Shown: positions 19,169-29,663, counted from the stretch's first letter. The stretch: 64,000 bases of DNA from a bacterium (GCA_037127915.1 JBAXXL010000023.1:319-64318), one strand, 5' to 3'. A program made the numbers and translations. The notes: a model not told the origin generated them from the sequence alone.

Positions 19169-20260
19169 TTAAATTTCATTAATTGGGAAAATAAATCTAT
19201 AATACGTGCCTTGATTCTTAACAGAACCGAATTCTAATTTCCCTTTGAGCATAGATTCTGCAAGGTATTTAGCCCCTTGGAACATAAGGTCTTCTGTTTG
19301 AGCATTGTTTGTTATTTTCTTTAAAATCATATCGAAGCCATAATTGTCGGATAACAAAATATTGCGCGATATTTTTATTACTAAATAAATTTGCTCTTTT
19401 TGGATATCTATTGTTAGTTCGCAATCGTTATCATCCATTCTAATTAGATTTATGCACAAATATCTTATTAATCTCATTAGTAATTGGTACGGTGCTTCAA
19501 AGTTTTTATTCGCTGCATTTTCAGTCACATCAATTTTTATAATTTTCTTTGGATAAAGACTATGAATATGGTCCTTTATATTCTCAAATAATTCTATTGT
19601 ATTAATTATCTGCTTTTGAACTTCAGCATTATTCTTTTCTAAGCAAAGCTGATTTTGGAAAGCAGTTAGATCTTTGATATTGTCTAAACTTGTTTCTGTA
19701 AATGACATTAGTTCATCGAACTCTTCTTGCGGCATTGAAGAATCATTTTGAGCAAGGATATCAAAAACGTTTTTAATCACACTAATATCATTGGCTAAAT
19801 CAAAACCGATTAAATCAAAAAATACTTTCATGAAGGTTTCGTTACTGATATCTTTCAATACAACAATCAAATATTCATCGTAATCGTCTGCATTAAAGAC
19901 AGTAACATCGTATTCAACGTTTAAATCATTAATATTTTCATGATTATATATGGTAGCTTTTGTGCGAACAAGTGAATGATTGATTTGAGCCGATTTCAAT
20001 GAAACTAATACTTTGCAATATTTACAATAGTCCGAATGCCCACATCCTAATTCATTTAAAGAAGAAAATACACAATGGAATAATTCTCCGGGTCTTTTGC
20101 CGAAAAATTCGGAGTATTCCTCGCAATTACTTGCTTTTTTATATACCTCATTAGCTAAAACAACCCTAAAGTCACTATCTATTACTATAGCTATATCAGT
20201 AATGGCATCTATGCTGGATTGTACTTTCCCCAGCCGTTCATCAATTTCAGTATTTTTCAT
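19169..20260 (-). CDS. PAS-like sensor domain protein with degenerate histidine-kinase-like C-terminus (no obvious phospho-accepting His)
   Basis: 363 aa. N-terminal PAS-like region with Cys/His cluster CGHSDYCKYCKV. C-terminal N-box-like (LIRYLCINLIRM) and G-box-like segments. The expected H-box position reads FFDLIGFDLANDISVI. Confidence 0.35.
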   Translation of the reverse strand: MKNTEIDERLGKVQSSIDAITDIAIVIDSDFRVVLANEVYKKASNCEEYSEFFGKRPGELFHCVFSSLNELGCGHSDYCKYCKVLVSLKSAQINHSLVRTKATIYNHENINDLNVEYDVTVFNADDYDEYLIVVLKDISNETFMKVFFDLIGFDLANDISVIKNVFDILAQNDSSMPQEEFDELMSFTETSLDNIKDLTAFQNQLCLEKNNAEVQKQIINTIELFENIKDHIHSLYPKKIIKIDVTENAANKNFEAPYQLLMRLIRYLCINLIRMDDNDCELTIDIQKEQIYLVIKISRNILLSDNYGFDMILKKITNNAQTEDLMFQGAKYLAESMLKGKLEFGSVKNQGTYYRFIFPINEI

Positions 20261-20384
20261 ATTTGAATTTTATAAAATAATGGAACATAATATTTTTAAA
20301 AATAGCATTTTTTTTTTACATTATTATAAATCATAAAAATATTTATATTTTTGTTATGGTAAAAAAAACATAAATGAGATAAAA

Positions 20385-20711
20385 ATGAAAAAACTTCAAA
20401 TTTTACTTGCAACAATTTTGTCATTAACGCTATTTTCTTGTTCGGGATGCGGAGATAATGAACCAAAAGATAAGGCTCCCGTAGAAGATACAACCCTTTT
20501 CAAAGGTAATATTAAAGCAGTTAGCATAGAGCTTGCTAAAGTACCTAAAGAAGTTGTTGATGGAATTAAAGCGCAATATCCTGATGCAAAAATAATGACC
20601 GCAAAGGTATTGGATAACGAATTGGATAAAACTTATTCGCTCGAATTGGATAATAATGGCGAGCAATTGAAAGTAGAAATTACTGAATCCGGTCAAATAT
20701 TAATAAAATAA
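20385..20711 (+). CDS. Small lipoprotein (possibly PepSY-like)
   Basis: 108 aa. Lipobox LTLFSCSG. Confidence 0.45.
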   Translation: MKKLQILLATILSLTLFSCSGCGDNEPKDKAPVEDTTLFKGNIKAVSIELAKVPKEVVDGIKAQYPDAKIMTAKVLDNELDKTYSLELDNNGEQLKVEITESGQILIK

Positions 20712-20713
20712 AA

Positions 20714-22933
20714 GTGAATAACCCAATACAATATCTAAAAGGTGTCGGTCCCAGCCGTGCGGAAGGATTGATAGAATCCGGAATAAAATCCAGTTTAGAC
20801 GCTCTATTCTATTTCCCAACAGCATATATCGATAGAGAAGCAATGCTTAGTATCGAAGCAGCGTATAGAAATATTTACCGCAGACAGTTTTTTACTTCTG
20901 TTGATCCTTACAAAGATGCCGATTTCAAGCACGAAATAACAATTGTTGGCGAGGTCGTCGGAAAAGAAATGCATCGGGGAAAACGTGCTTTTCAATCATT
21001 ATCATTAAAAATCAAAGATGAAACCGGCACCGCAAAAATTAATTTTTGGAGCATGGTTAATATATTTGACAAATTATACGAAAAAGGTATTACTATTGCC
21101 GTTTTTGGTAAAGCATCAATCGACAAATATAATAATTTAGCATTTGACCATCCGGAAATAGAAATCATTCAAGCGGATGATGCCGAAAAGTTCGCATTGG
21201 GTGGAATAATTCCCAAATATCGCTTAACTGACAAAATGAAAAAAGTCCGAATTGGACAAAAAGTTTTGCGGACTATAATCGAACACGCATTAGCAGAACA
21301 TTTGCCTCACCTCGAAGAAACATTGCCGGGTGCGGTCATAAAACATTATCATTTCCCAAAAATTTTAGATACTATAAAAACTCTGCATTCTCCCCAGAGC
21401 CGTGAAGATTTGGATAAGGCACGAAAACGTATTAAGTTTGAAGAACTGTTTTACTATTTCATTCGATTAGCTATTCGTAAGAAAAATTATCAGCGTCCGG
21501 GAACGGGAATTGTGATTCAGCCAAAAAGTAGTTCTGCGCGTTTGCTTTATGATAATTTACCTTTCAGATTAACTGCCGACCAAAAAACCGTGCTTAACGA
21601 AATCGCCAAAGATTTTACAAGCGGCGTGCCTATGCACAGATTGTTGCAGGGCGACGTGGGAAGCGGAAAAACTATTGTTGCATTATTAGCAATGCTTATG
21701 GTGATTGATAAAGGTTATCAAGCTGTTTTAATTGCTCCTACGGAAATTTTGGCGGAACAGCACTATAAAACCATTTCAAAATTACTCGAAATGGTAGATT
21801 TACACGAAATTAAAATAACGTGCATTACCGGCGGCGCTTTAACAAAATCAAAGAAAGGTCATTTATCGTCAATATCCTGCGGCGATTCCAATATCGTTAT
21901 CGGTACTCACGCCTTGTTTCAAAATAGCGTTAGTTATAACAAATTAGCGTTTATAGTGATTGATGAACAGCAAAGGTTTGGCGTGGTTCAAAAAGCAAAG
22001 CTGGTAGAATTGGCAGAAGCTTCCTTCCACGGCGAATTGCGCGATATTAAACCGCATATTTTAGTTACAACCGCCACACCTATTCCTCGTAGTATTATGA
22101 TGACTGTTTCAGGCGATTTGGATGTTTCGGTTATTAAAACTAAACCGCGGAATCGAAAACCGATAATAACAAAAATTAAATTTGATAGTCAGCGGGACGA
22201 AGTGTATAGTTTCATTAGAACATCTGTAAAAGATGGTCGTCAGGTATATTTGGTTTATGCTCTTGTTGATGAAAGCGAAAAAATCGAATCAAAAGCCGCC
22301 ACCACAATGCACGAGCATTTGGCAACGGACATTTTCCCGGATTTAAGATGCGGATTATTACACGGTCAAATGTCAGGCGATGAGAAAGATAAGGTAATGA
22401 GTTCATTTTTGAATAAAGAATTCGACATTTTGATATCAACGACGGTTATCGAAGTCGGTATTGATGTTCCAAATGCTAATTTGATTATTATTGAGAACGC
22501 TGAACGTTTTGGTCTATCACAGCTTCATCAATTGCGAGGTCGTGTCGGACGCGATGAATACCAATCCTATTGTGTTTTATTAGTTGACGACAAATATCAA
22601 CATTTGGTAAATAAAACTCCAAAAGACAGCTTCGACAACCAAGCGGCTTTAGTAAGATTGAAAGCTATGGAAGATACTAATGACGGGTTCAAAATATCGG
22701 AAATTGATTTAAAATTGCGTGGACCGGGTGATATAATAGGTACTCGTCAAAGCGGTAGTATGGATTTTAAATACGCCGATATAGTTGAAGATATAGAGGT
22801 TTTAACGGAAGCGCGCGACATAGCAAATCAAATAATTTCACTCGATCCGGAATTGCTTTCTCCAAACCATTATGTGATAAAAAAGTACATAACAGAGCAT
22901 TTTGGGGATAATATGACTTATGATGTAGCATAA
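20714..22933 (+). CDS. recG: ATP-dependent DNA helicase RecG
   Basis: 739 aa. N-terminus IQYLKGVGPSRAEGL (RecG helix-hairpin-helix-like), Walker A GDVGSGKT, DExx box VIDEQQRFGV, helicase C-terminal motifs (QLHQLRGRVGR). Confidence 0.9.
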   Translation: MNNPIQYLKGVGPSRAEGLIESGIKSSLDALFYFPTAYIDREAMLSIEAAYRNIYRRQFFTSVDPYKDADFKHEITIVGEVVGKEMHRGKRAFQSLSLKIKDETGTAKINFWSMVNIFDKLYEKGITIAVFGKASIDKYNNLAFDHPEIEIIQADDAEKFALGGIIPKYRLTDKMKKVRIGQKVLRTIIEHALAEHLPHLEETLPGAVIKHYHFPKILDTIKTLHSPQSREDLDKARKRIKFEELFYYFIRLAIRKKNYQRPGTGIVIQPKSSSARLLYDNLPFRLTADQKTVLNEIAKDFTSGVPMHRLLQGDVGSGKTIVALLAMLMVIDKGYQAVLIAPTEILAEQHYKTISKLLEMVDLHEIKITCITGGALTKSKKGHLSSISCGDSNIVIGTHALFQNSVSYNKLAFIVIDEQQRFGVVQKAKLVELAEASFHGELRDIKPHILVTTATPIPRSIMMTVSGDLDVSVIKTKPRNRKPIITKIKFDSQRDEVYSFIRTSVKDGRQVYLVYALVDESEKIESKAATTMHEHLATDIFPDLRCGLLHGQMSGDEKDKVMSSFLNKEFDILISTTVIEVGIDVPNANLIIIENAERFGLSQLHQLRGRVGRDEYQSYCVLLVDDKYQHLVNKTPKDSFDNQAALVRLKAMEDTNDGFKISEIDLKLRGPGDIIGTRQSGSMDFKYADIVEDIEVLTEARDIANQIISLDPELLSPNHYVIKKYITEHFGDNMTYDVA

Positions 22934-23013
22934 TAATCAATAATTTATTTGGTCATTAAGCGAAGTATTCATATTTTTGTTATTTATAATATAGACTAAT
23001 TAAGTAAATTACA

Positions 23014-24639
23014 ATGCAAAAATATATATCTCTTTTATTTCTGTTATTAGTGGTTATGGGTTATAGGCTTAGCACACAAGAGCCTGACCTGAGCCAATTA
23101 CCGCCGCAAATACCCAAAGACCAGCAAGATGAATTTTTTATATGCGATGCCGATTCCCAGCGGTGTATCAAAAATATTGCCGGTCAAATAGACCAACTTT
23201 TATCGAGAGTGAAAAGTTCACGTTTATCTGTTTCGGTTTATTCTATTAATCAGGGTAAATATATATACAGGAAGAACAGTGATTTACCTTTGACACCGGC
23301 ATCAAATACAAAGCTAATGACCACTTTCTGTGCTTTTGAGGCATTTGGAAGTTCGTATCCTGTAAAAACAGAAATCCTTACCGATGACGATAATCTTCGT
23401 GATTCTATTATAAATGGGAATTTGTTTATTATCGGGTATGGGGATGCCCTCCTTAAAGTGTCCGATATCGAATATATGGCAGATAAAATTCGCCAAATGG
23501 GGATTAAAGAAATAAAAGGCAATATATATTGCGATTCTAAATTTTATGATACACTAAACAACCGGTTTTACTACAGCGGTGACCACGATGAAGTAGAACG
23601 CTTGCCATTAATTTCCGCTTTAACTGTTGAACGTAATGTGGCAACGGTAATCGCAACTTCAGGGAACCAATCCGGAAAACCTGTAAATGTGAACATAATC
23701 CCGCAATCAGAATCATTCCAAATAAACGTTACTGCTACTGTACGTGGTGGTGTTAAGAAAGCCAAATCCGAACTGCCAAATACAACAAAAGCGGGCGAAA
23801 CCAAATCTCGTGCAGGCGATGAACTTTATGCCAAATCACGAAAGAGAAGTTCGATTACAATCCAATCCAGATTGGACAAAAAGATTAATAAGCAAAATTT
23901 TTATATCAATGGTTCATTAGCCGCGAATAAAACCTATTCGATGCAACATTTTATTCAACAGCCGCAATTAGCTGTCGGCGGTGCTATGAAAAGCAGGCTC
24001 ATATCCGGTGGAGTTCGCGTGTCGGGCTATGTAAAAGATATTTCTGAATATCCAAAGAAGGACTACGATCTGAATACATTAAATGTATTTTCCCGCTCAA
24101 TTTTGGAAATATTGAAACCTATTAACCGCGATAGTGATAACTTTTTAGCAGAAAATATATTCAAAATGTTGGGTGCTTATGCAGGGGTTAGTAATGATTG
24201 CGCAAAAGGTGCAAGAAAATATGAAAAAGAAACGATGGCGCACTATCAAATACCATTCGACAAATGCAGTATTAATGACGGCTCGGGTTTATCGAGACGC
24301 AATTTGCTGACCACAACAGTATTGACACAAATTTTAATAAAAGCATATTATTCCGATTTTTACAAAGAGTTTTGTGAAACTCTTTCGCTTGCAGGCAAAT
24401 ACGGAACATTGAGAAATCGGATGAAAATGACAGCCGCATATAACAACTTGCAAGCTAAAACCGGAACTTTGGGATCCGCCAGTGCTCTATCGGGTTATGT
24501 AAGGTCACTAGATGGTGAAGTATTCGTGTTTTCCTGCATTTTTAATGGTTCCGATGTTGGAACTTACAAAATGACGGAAGATAGAATAGGTTCTTTATTA
24601 GCATCATTTTTCTATGATTCAAAAGATTTAACAAAATAG
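23014..24639 (+). CDS. dacB: D-alanyl-D-alanine carboxypeptidase/endopeptidase, PBP4 family (peptidase S13)
   Basis: 541 aa. Signal peptide. SxxK motif PASNTKLMT, NDGSGLSRRN, KTG motif (KTGTL). Confidence 0.75.
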   Translation: MQKYISLLFLLLVVMGYRLSTQEPDLSQLPPQIPKDQQDEFFICDADSQRCIKNIAGQIDQLLSRVKSSRLSVSVYSINQGKYIYRKNSDLPLTPASNTKLMTTFCAFEAFGSSYPVKTEILTDDDNLRDSIINGNLFIIGYGDALLKVSDIEYMADKIRQMGIKEIKGNIYCDSKFYDTLNNRFYYSGDHDEVERLPLISALTVERNVATVIATSGNQSGKPVNVNIIPQSESFQINVTATVRGGVKKAKSELPNTTKAGETKSRAGDELYAKSRKRSSITIQSRLDKKINKQNFYINGSLAANKTYSMQHFIQQPQLAVGGAMKSRLISGGVRVSGYVKDISEYPKKDYDLNTLNVFSRSILEILKPINRDSDNFLAENIFKMLGAYAGVSNDCAKGARKYEKETMAHYQIPFDKCSINDGSGLSRRNLLTTTVLTQILIKAYYSDFYKEFCETLSLAGKYGTLRNRMKMTAAYNNLQAKTGTLGSASALSGYVRSLDGEVFVFSCIFNGSDVGTYKMTEDRIGSLLASFFYDSKDLTK

Positions 24640-24646
24640 GGGTTCT

Positions 24647-27600
24647 ATGAAAAATTATATAATACTTACGATATTAGCTTTGTTTTCGTTGACTACAGTC
24701 TCCGCGCAGAACTACTTTATTGAAAACAAGGGACAATGGACGGACGAGGTTTTATTTAAAAACCAATCCGCCGGAAATACTACGTGGATAACGAAAAGTT
24801 CGGTAGTATTCGATTATGCGCAATATTCAGAGATTTCAGAAAATGAATTTTCAGCCACGGGGCAGGTAATTAAAATGGAATTTTTGAATTCTAATTTAAA
24901 TACCGAATATTCTGGGAAAAAAAAATTGAGCGCTTACCATAATTATTTTATCGGTAACAATCAAAATAAATGGAAATCCAAAGTCGCGCTTTATGAAGAT
25001 GCCGTTCTGACAAATGTTTATGAAGGGATTGATTTGAAATTTTACTGGGATGAAGGAACTATTAGATATGATTTCATCGTTGGTCCAAAGTCCAACCCCA
25101 ATCAAATCAAACTGAAATTCAGCGGACAAGATGATATAAGCATCAGCAAAGATAGCGAATTATGCTTAACAACCCGATTCGGTGAAATAAAGCATACGAA
25201 GCTATTGGTTTATCAGATGGTTAATGGTCAGAAGACAGCAATAAAATCCGCTTTTGTTTCCCTTGCCGATAATACATTCAAATTTGAAATTGGCGCTTAT
25301 GATAAATCCCGAGAGTTGGTTATAGATCCCTTAATATATTCTACTTACATTGGTACATCCGATAACGACCGCGCATTCGAAATGACGTTGGCTCCTGACG
25401 GTAAACCAATTATTGTTGGTCTGTCTTGGAATTCATCCTATCCTACCAGTAGCGGTGCATATCAAAAAACGGTAAAAGGTAATTCCGACGGAATTTTGAC
25501 CAAAATGAATGATGATTGTACTGCCGTCTTATTTTCCACGTTTTATGGCGGTTCCCAATGGGAAGAGCCGCGTGGTATCGATTATGACACCGAAGGGAAC
25601 ATTTATATCGCCGGTGAAACTATGTCAACAGATTTTCCGGTTTCATCTATGGCTTATCAAAAAACTGCCGGTGGTAACAACCAATCCGATGCCTTTGTTT
25701 TAAAATTTTCGTCTGATGGCAGTCAACTTATTTTTTCCACTTATTTAGGAACCGCTCAAGCTGACCAAGCCAAAGATTTAAAAATTGACCCAAACGGTTT
25801 TGTATTTGTAATTGGTGAAGCACGGTCTTCGGCTTTTCCAATAACGGCTAATGCCGTTCAAAAAACTTATAGCGGCGGTCCGGTTGACGGATTCTTGACA
25901 GTTTTTTCACCTGATGGAAAGGACTTAGTGTATTCCACTTTCATAGGCGGAACGGGTGACGACTTTCCGCGTAAAATACTGTTAGACGGCGATTTCCTAT
26001 ATATTGTTGGACATACACGATCAACAGATTTTCCGGTTACTGCAAATGCTTATCAAAAAACTATAGGCGGTAATCGTGACGCTTTTTTGATTAAGTACCG
26101 AGGTCAAGGGACAGAGACTTTATTTTCAACTTTTATAGGCGGTAGTTTGGATGATAGTGGAATTGGAATGTGTTTTGATGCCAATAAAAATATAATTTTC
26201 ACAGGTAATACATTTTCTACAAATTATCCGGTCACTAACGATGCTGTTCAAAAAACTCTCGCCGGTGATGATGATGTGATGGTAACAAAGTTCAATCCGG
26301 CAGGAAATCTGATATATTCTACTTTTATAGGTGGTAAAGCAAGCGATAGAGCTAACGATATTCGGTGCGACGAATTTGGTAATTATTACCTGACCGGTAT
26401 GACTAAATCAAATAATTACCCTACAACTTTGAAAGCATTACAAAAAACTTATATAAGCAAAGAAGATGTATTGGTTACTAAGCTCAATCCTAATAATCCG
26501 AGTTTACTTTATTCAACTTATTTAGCAGGGAATAACGAAGATTGGGGACGTAGTATTGCTTGTTATGGAAATACAGTAATTGTTACGGGATATACAAGCA
26601 GTAGTGATTTTTTGATAAGTGATAATGCTTATAAGAAGACATTCAGCGGTAATAGAGACATTTTTCTCACGAAATTCTCGCCCGACGAAGGAACATTGGA
26701 TAAACCTATATTAGTTAATCCAGTAAAAGGCGCGGTTGATGTTATTATTCAGCCAACGCTGATTTGGGAAAAAGTAGATTACGCTGACGCTTATACTGTA
26801 ATAGTTGCCAAAGACATTGATTTGACAAATAAGGTATTTTCTCAAACCGGTATTACAACCCTACAGAAAAAAATAGATACTGAATTGGAATCGAATAAAA
26901 AATATTATTGGGCGGTTACAGCAAAAGCTGGAGCTGTGGTTGGTCCACAGTCCGATGTTTATTCATTTACAACTGAAGTAAATCTATCCGTGCCGACTTT
27001 AATCTCACCTCCAGATAAAGCGGATGATGTTGTATTAACACCAAAATTTACTTGGTCTCAAGAACCCAATACCGATAATTATCATTTACGTCTGCTTAAT
27101 TCAAATAATCCGGATGATATTATTTTCGAAAAACTATTTCCTACCGAAACAGAGTACGTTTCTCCTATTACATTAGAAGAAGGTAAAGAATATTTCTGGA
27201 CAGTCAGAACAATTTATAATGGTGAAATAGGACCTTGGGCTTCGATTTCTTCATTCACAACCAAATCAACCATCAAAGCACCAATTTTGGTCTATCCGGC
27301 GGATAAAGATAAATATGTTCAGTCAAAAAACACTCTATTTTATTGGAAAAAAGAAAAAACAGCAACGCAATACGAAATTTATATTTATGAAGAAGCTGAT
27401 TTAAAATCTCCGATTAAAACCGCTCTAATAAGCGATACATTTTATATTAACAATTCTGATTTGGAATACGGAAAGATTTATTATTGGACAGTTCGCTCGA
27501 AATCGTCCAACCAGACCAGCTCTTGGACAGAAATGTTTAGCTTCCAAACTGAAGTAGTTATGGAAAAACCTATTTTAATTTCTCCCGAAAATTTCACTAA

Positions 27601-28396
27601 AGATTTGACTATTTATCCAAAATTTGTTTGGCACAGGGTTAATTACGCAGTTAAATACAAGCTCGAGATTATGATTCCCGATGCTTTAGTTTATCAAGCA
27701 GAAACAAGCGATACAAGTTTTCAAATGCTCGAGCCGTTGGAAAACGGTGCGGGATTATATTGGCAAGTGAGAGCTATCGGTGTTGATGAAACAGAACAAT
27801 TGTCCGATACTTGGGAATTTAGTACAATCGATGCCTTAATTGCACCAACATTGGTCAGCCCAGACGAAATGGCTCAAATTGACCCCGCAACAGCAACATT
27901 CGTTTGGAATAAAGTTCCACATTATGATGGATTATACAATATTCAGATTTACAAAAGACCCGGCTCTGTCTTGGTTATTGACGAGATTGTAGAAGATACG
28001 GTTTATACTGTTGATGAGCCTCTGCTGTACAACCAAGGTTATTATTGGCAGGTGTCTTATTTCCGTGGTGACGAAACGAGTCCTTGGTCAATAGTCAGAC
28101 GTTTCACAACTTATCCGACTTCAGTAAAAGAAAGCCCACTCTTCAGCTCAATCAAACTTTATCCTAATCCAACGGGCAGTAAAGCTGAACTAAGTATAAA
28201 CTATTCTGAAACCTGCGACGCGAAAATCTTTATCAGCACAGTGGGTGGAAAAATCATTAAAACGGATGTTATCAGATTATTAATTGGCGAAACGCGATAT
28301 GAAATTGACACGGAACACTTAACTTCGGGATCATATTATATTACAATTACCACACCTGCGGGGTATATTACAAGGGAATTAGTAGTTGTTAAATAG
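24647..28396 (+). CDS. Giant T9SS cargo protein: SBBP beta-propeller repeats, Fn3-like YYW repeats and a sorting domain
   Basis: 1249 aa. Repeats of the YSTY.GG..D...DxxGNxYxxGxTxSxDFPxTxxAYQ type (SBBP/PF06739-like). C-terminal half has the same ~95-aa YYW repeats as 15123 and 32238. Sorting domain about 88% identical to that of 32238..36194. Confidence 0.7.
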   Translation: MKNYIILTILALFSLTTVSAQNYFIENKGQWTDEVLFKNQSAGNTTWITKSSVVFDYAQYSEISENEFSATGQVIKMEFLNSNLNTEYSGKKKLSAYHNYFIGNNQNKWKSKVALYEDAVLTNVYEGIDLKFYWDEGTIRYDFIVGPKSNPNQIKLKFSGQDDISISKDSELCLTTRFGEIKHTKLLVYQMVNGQKTAIKSAFVSLADNTFKFEIGAYDKSRELVIDPLIYSTYIGTSDNDRAFEMTLAPDGKPIIVGLSWNSSYPTSSGAYQKTVKGNSDGILTKMNDDCTAVLFSTFYGGSQWEEPRGIDYDTEGNIYIAGETMSTDFPVSSMAYQKTAGGNNQSDAFVLKFSSDGSQLIFSTYLGTAQADQAKDLKIDPNGFVFVIGEARSSAFPITANAVQKTYSGGPVDGFLTVFSPDGKDLVYSTFIGGTGDDFPRKILLDGDFLYIVGHTRSTDFPVTANAYQKTIGGNRDAFLIKYRGQGTETLFSTFIGGSLDDSGIGMCFDANKNIIFTGNTFSTNYPVTNDAVQKTLAGDDDVMVTKFNPAGNLIYSTFIGGKASDRANDIRCDEFGNYYLTGMTKSNNYPTTLKALQKTYISKEDVLVTKLNPNNPSLLYSTYLAGNNEDWGRSIACYGNTVIVTGYTSSSDFLISDNAYKKTFSGNRDIFLTKFSPDEGTLDKPILVNPVKGAVDVIIQPTLIWEKVDYADAYTVIVAKDIDLTNKVFSQTGITTLQKKIDTELESNKKYYWAVTAKAGAVVGPQSDVYSFTTEVNLSVPTLISPPDKADDVVLTPKFTWSQEPNTDNYHLRLLNSNNPDDIIFEKLFPTETEYVSPITLEEGKEYFWTVRTIYNGEIGPWASISSFTTKSTIKAPILVYPADKDKYVQSKNTLFYWKKEKTATQYEIYIYEEADLKSPIKTALISDTFYINNSDLEYGKIYYWTVRSKSSNQTSSWTEMFSFQTEVVMEKPILISPENFTKDLTIYPKFVWHRVNYAVKYKLEIMIPDALVYQAETSDTSFQMLEPLENGAGLYWQVRAIGVDETEQLSDTWEFSTIDALIAPTLVSPDEMAQIDPATATFVWNKVPHYDGLYNIQIYKRPGSVLVIDEIVEDTVYTVDEPLLYNQGYYWQVSYFRGDETSPWSIVRRFTTYPTSVKESPLFSSIKLYPNPTGSKAELSINYSETCDAKIFISTVGGKIIKTDVIRLLIGETRYEIDTEHLTSGSYYITITTPAGYITRELVVVK

Positions 28397-28434
28397 TTTT
28401 AAATTTTGAATGTTGAGTTTTGAATGTAGGGGCA

Positions 28435-28465
28435 GAAAATTTTCTGCCCTTTCTTTATCAGAATT
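28435..28465 (+). terminator. GTAG-preceded hairpin terminator (TGTAG GGGCAGAAAA|TTTTCTGCCC plus T-rich)
   Basis: Perfect 20-nt palindrome immediately after the 24647..28396 stop. The 5' TGTAG flank is the one seen on the other family-A hairpins. Confidence 0.7.
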
Positions 28466-28519
28466 AGAATGAAGGGATTAGAAGATTATAGGATAGATTG
28501 TCATACCCGAGGGATCGGG

Positions 28520-28640
28520 AATCCATCTTCGAATAATTGAAAATAGTAAGTTGAAAATGAGGAGAAAGAGAAGATAAACCCCGTAATTCGTAATTTGAAA
28601 TTCGTAATTGTTGGTCAAAAAGGCTATCCTTTTTTGGGAT
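28520..28640. repeat. Family-A repeat copy (W-X-Y modules) ending in GGCTATCC...GGATAGCC hairpin
   Basis: GGGAATCCATCTTCGAATAATTGAAAAT...GTTGAAAATGAGGAGAAAGAGAAGATAAA...CGTAATTCGTAATT. The hairpin at 28611-28640 reads as a T-tailed terminator on the minus strand for the DUF4160/DUF2442 operon. Confidence 0.6.
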
Positions 28641-28651
28641 AGCCATATAGG

Positions 28652-28894
28652 TTAACTGTTTACTATTGTGCTGTTTTCATAAATTTCGTTTGGGCAAATA
28701 TCCTCTCCGGTAATCCATTCCAAAGTAATATCTCTTACCGTGACAGTTTTAAAAATTGAGGGATTTATAAGATTTTTATATGCCGGATGTGTTAACCACT
28801 TATTCATATCATAAATGCGTTTCTCACCATTCTGAAATACTATTTCAAGAAGGAAATCATCTAATGCTTTAACAGTTTTAGGACGCGGTACCAT
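28652..28894 (-). CDS. DUF2442 family protein
   Basis: 80 aa. Pattern VKALDDFLLEIVFQNGEKRIYDM...TVRDITLEWITGEDICPNEIYE matches the DUF2442 profile known to me. Confidence 0.65.
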   Translation of the reverse strand: MVPRPKTVKALDDFLLEIVFQNGEKRIYDMNKWLTHPAYKNLINPSIFKTVTVRDITLEWITGEDICPNEIYENSTIVNS

Positions 28895-28897
28895 AAT

Positions 28898-29164
28898 CTA
28901 TTCCAAACCTTTAATTGTGAAATATGAGCCTTCTTCTTGAGTTAGTTTCCATAGAGCGCATAGTTCGTCATAGTGCAACACGGCCCAAGCGGCTACTAAT
29001 TTATTTTGTTTATTAGGAAGCGAACCTATAATAATTTCGCCATCCAAAGTATAAGTAGCCGAAAACTCTCCATAGACTGCGTGGAAGTGAGGAATATGAT
29101 GGCTTTCACTATCCTTGAAGAACATTCTTATCAATATTCCATAAAATTGTGAAATCAAAGGCAT
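28898..29164 (-). CDS. DUF4160 family protein
   Basis: 88 aa. Conserved HHIPHFHAVYGE motif. The canonical DUF4160-then-DUF2442 gene order is preserved, with a 3-nt gap. Confidence 0.7.
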   Translation of the reverse strand: MPLISQFYGILIRMFFKDSESHHIPHFHAVYGEFSATYTLDGEIIIGSLPNKQNKLVAAWAVLHYDELCALWKLTQEEGSYFTIKGLE

Positions 29165-29324
29165 ACTATTTTCCTATTATTATTAACTTTGGCAATATTG
29201 CAAATAAATTACTAATTTTATATATGATTAAACGAATAATCGTAATTCATATTTTGATTATGGATATCATAGTCCAAATTGGATAAATGTTTTTGTTTTG
29301 AAAATAAAAAAGGCTAAACTTATT

Positions 29325-29640
29325 GGGGATGTGCTGTAAGCTTGCTCCGAAAGAGCTAAATCTCAATAACCGCGGGCAAAACCTGTGGGAAGTCCTAAAA
29401 CCTTATTCCCTTAATTAACCTTAGTAGAAAAATGACCGATTTGTCCGCAAACCTTATTACCTTATTGGAAAACGAAAATAAGCGAATAAGGTTAGATGAG
29501 TATATATTTCAGCTTTCCTACTAAGGTTTGAATAGAAAATAATGAACAAAATATTTTTTGTAGAGACGTTGCATGCAACGTCCCTACAAACAGTATTTTA
29601 ATAAAATCAAAAAGGCTATCCTTTTTGGGGGATAGCCTAA
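29325..29640. repeat. ~300-bp repeat B1 (includes AACCTTA cluster, GTAG hairpin 29559-29588 and GGCTATCC terminator hairpin 29613-29637)
   Basis: About 85-90% identical to 30413-30720 by eye. Internal perfect palindrome GACGTTGCATGCAACGTC preceded by TTTGTAGA. Confidence 0.65.
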
Positions 29641-29663
29641 AACAATTAATAATAATTATAACG

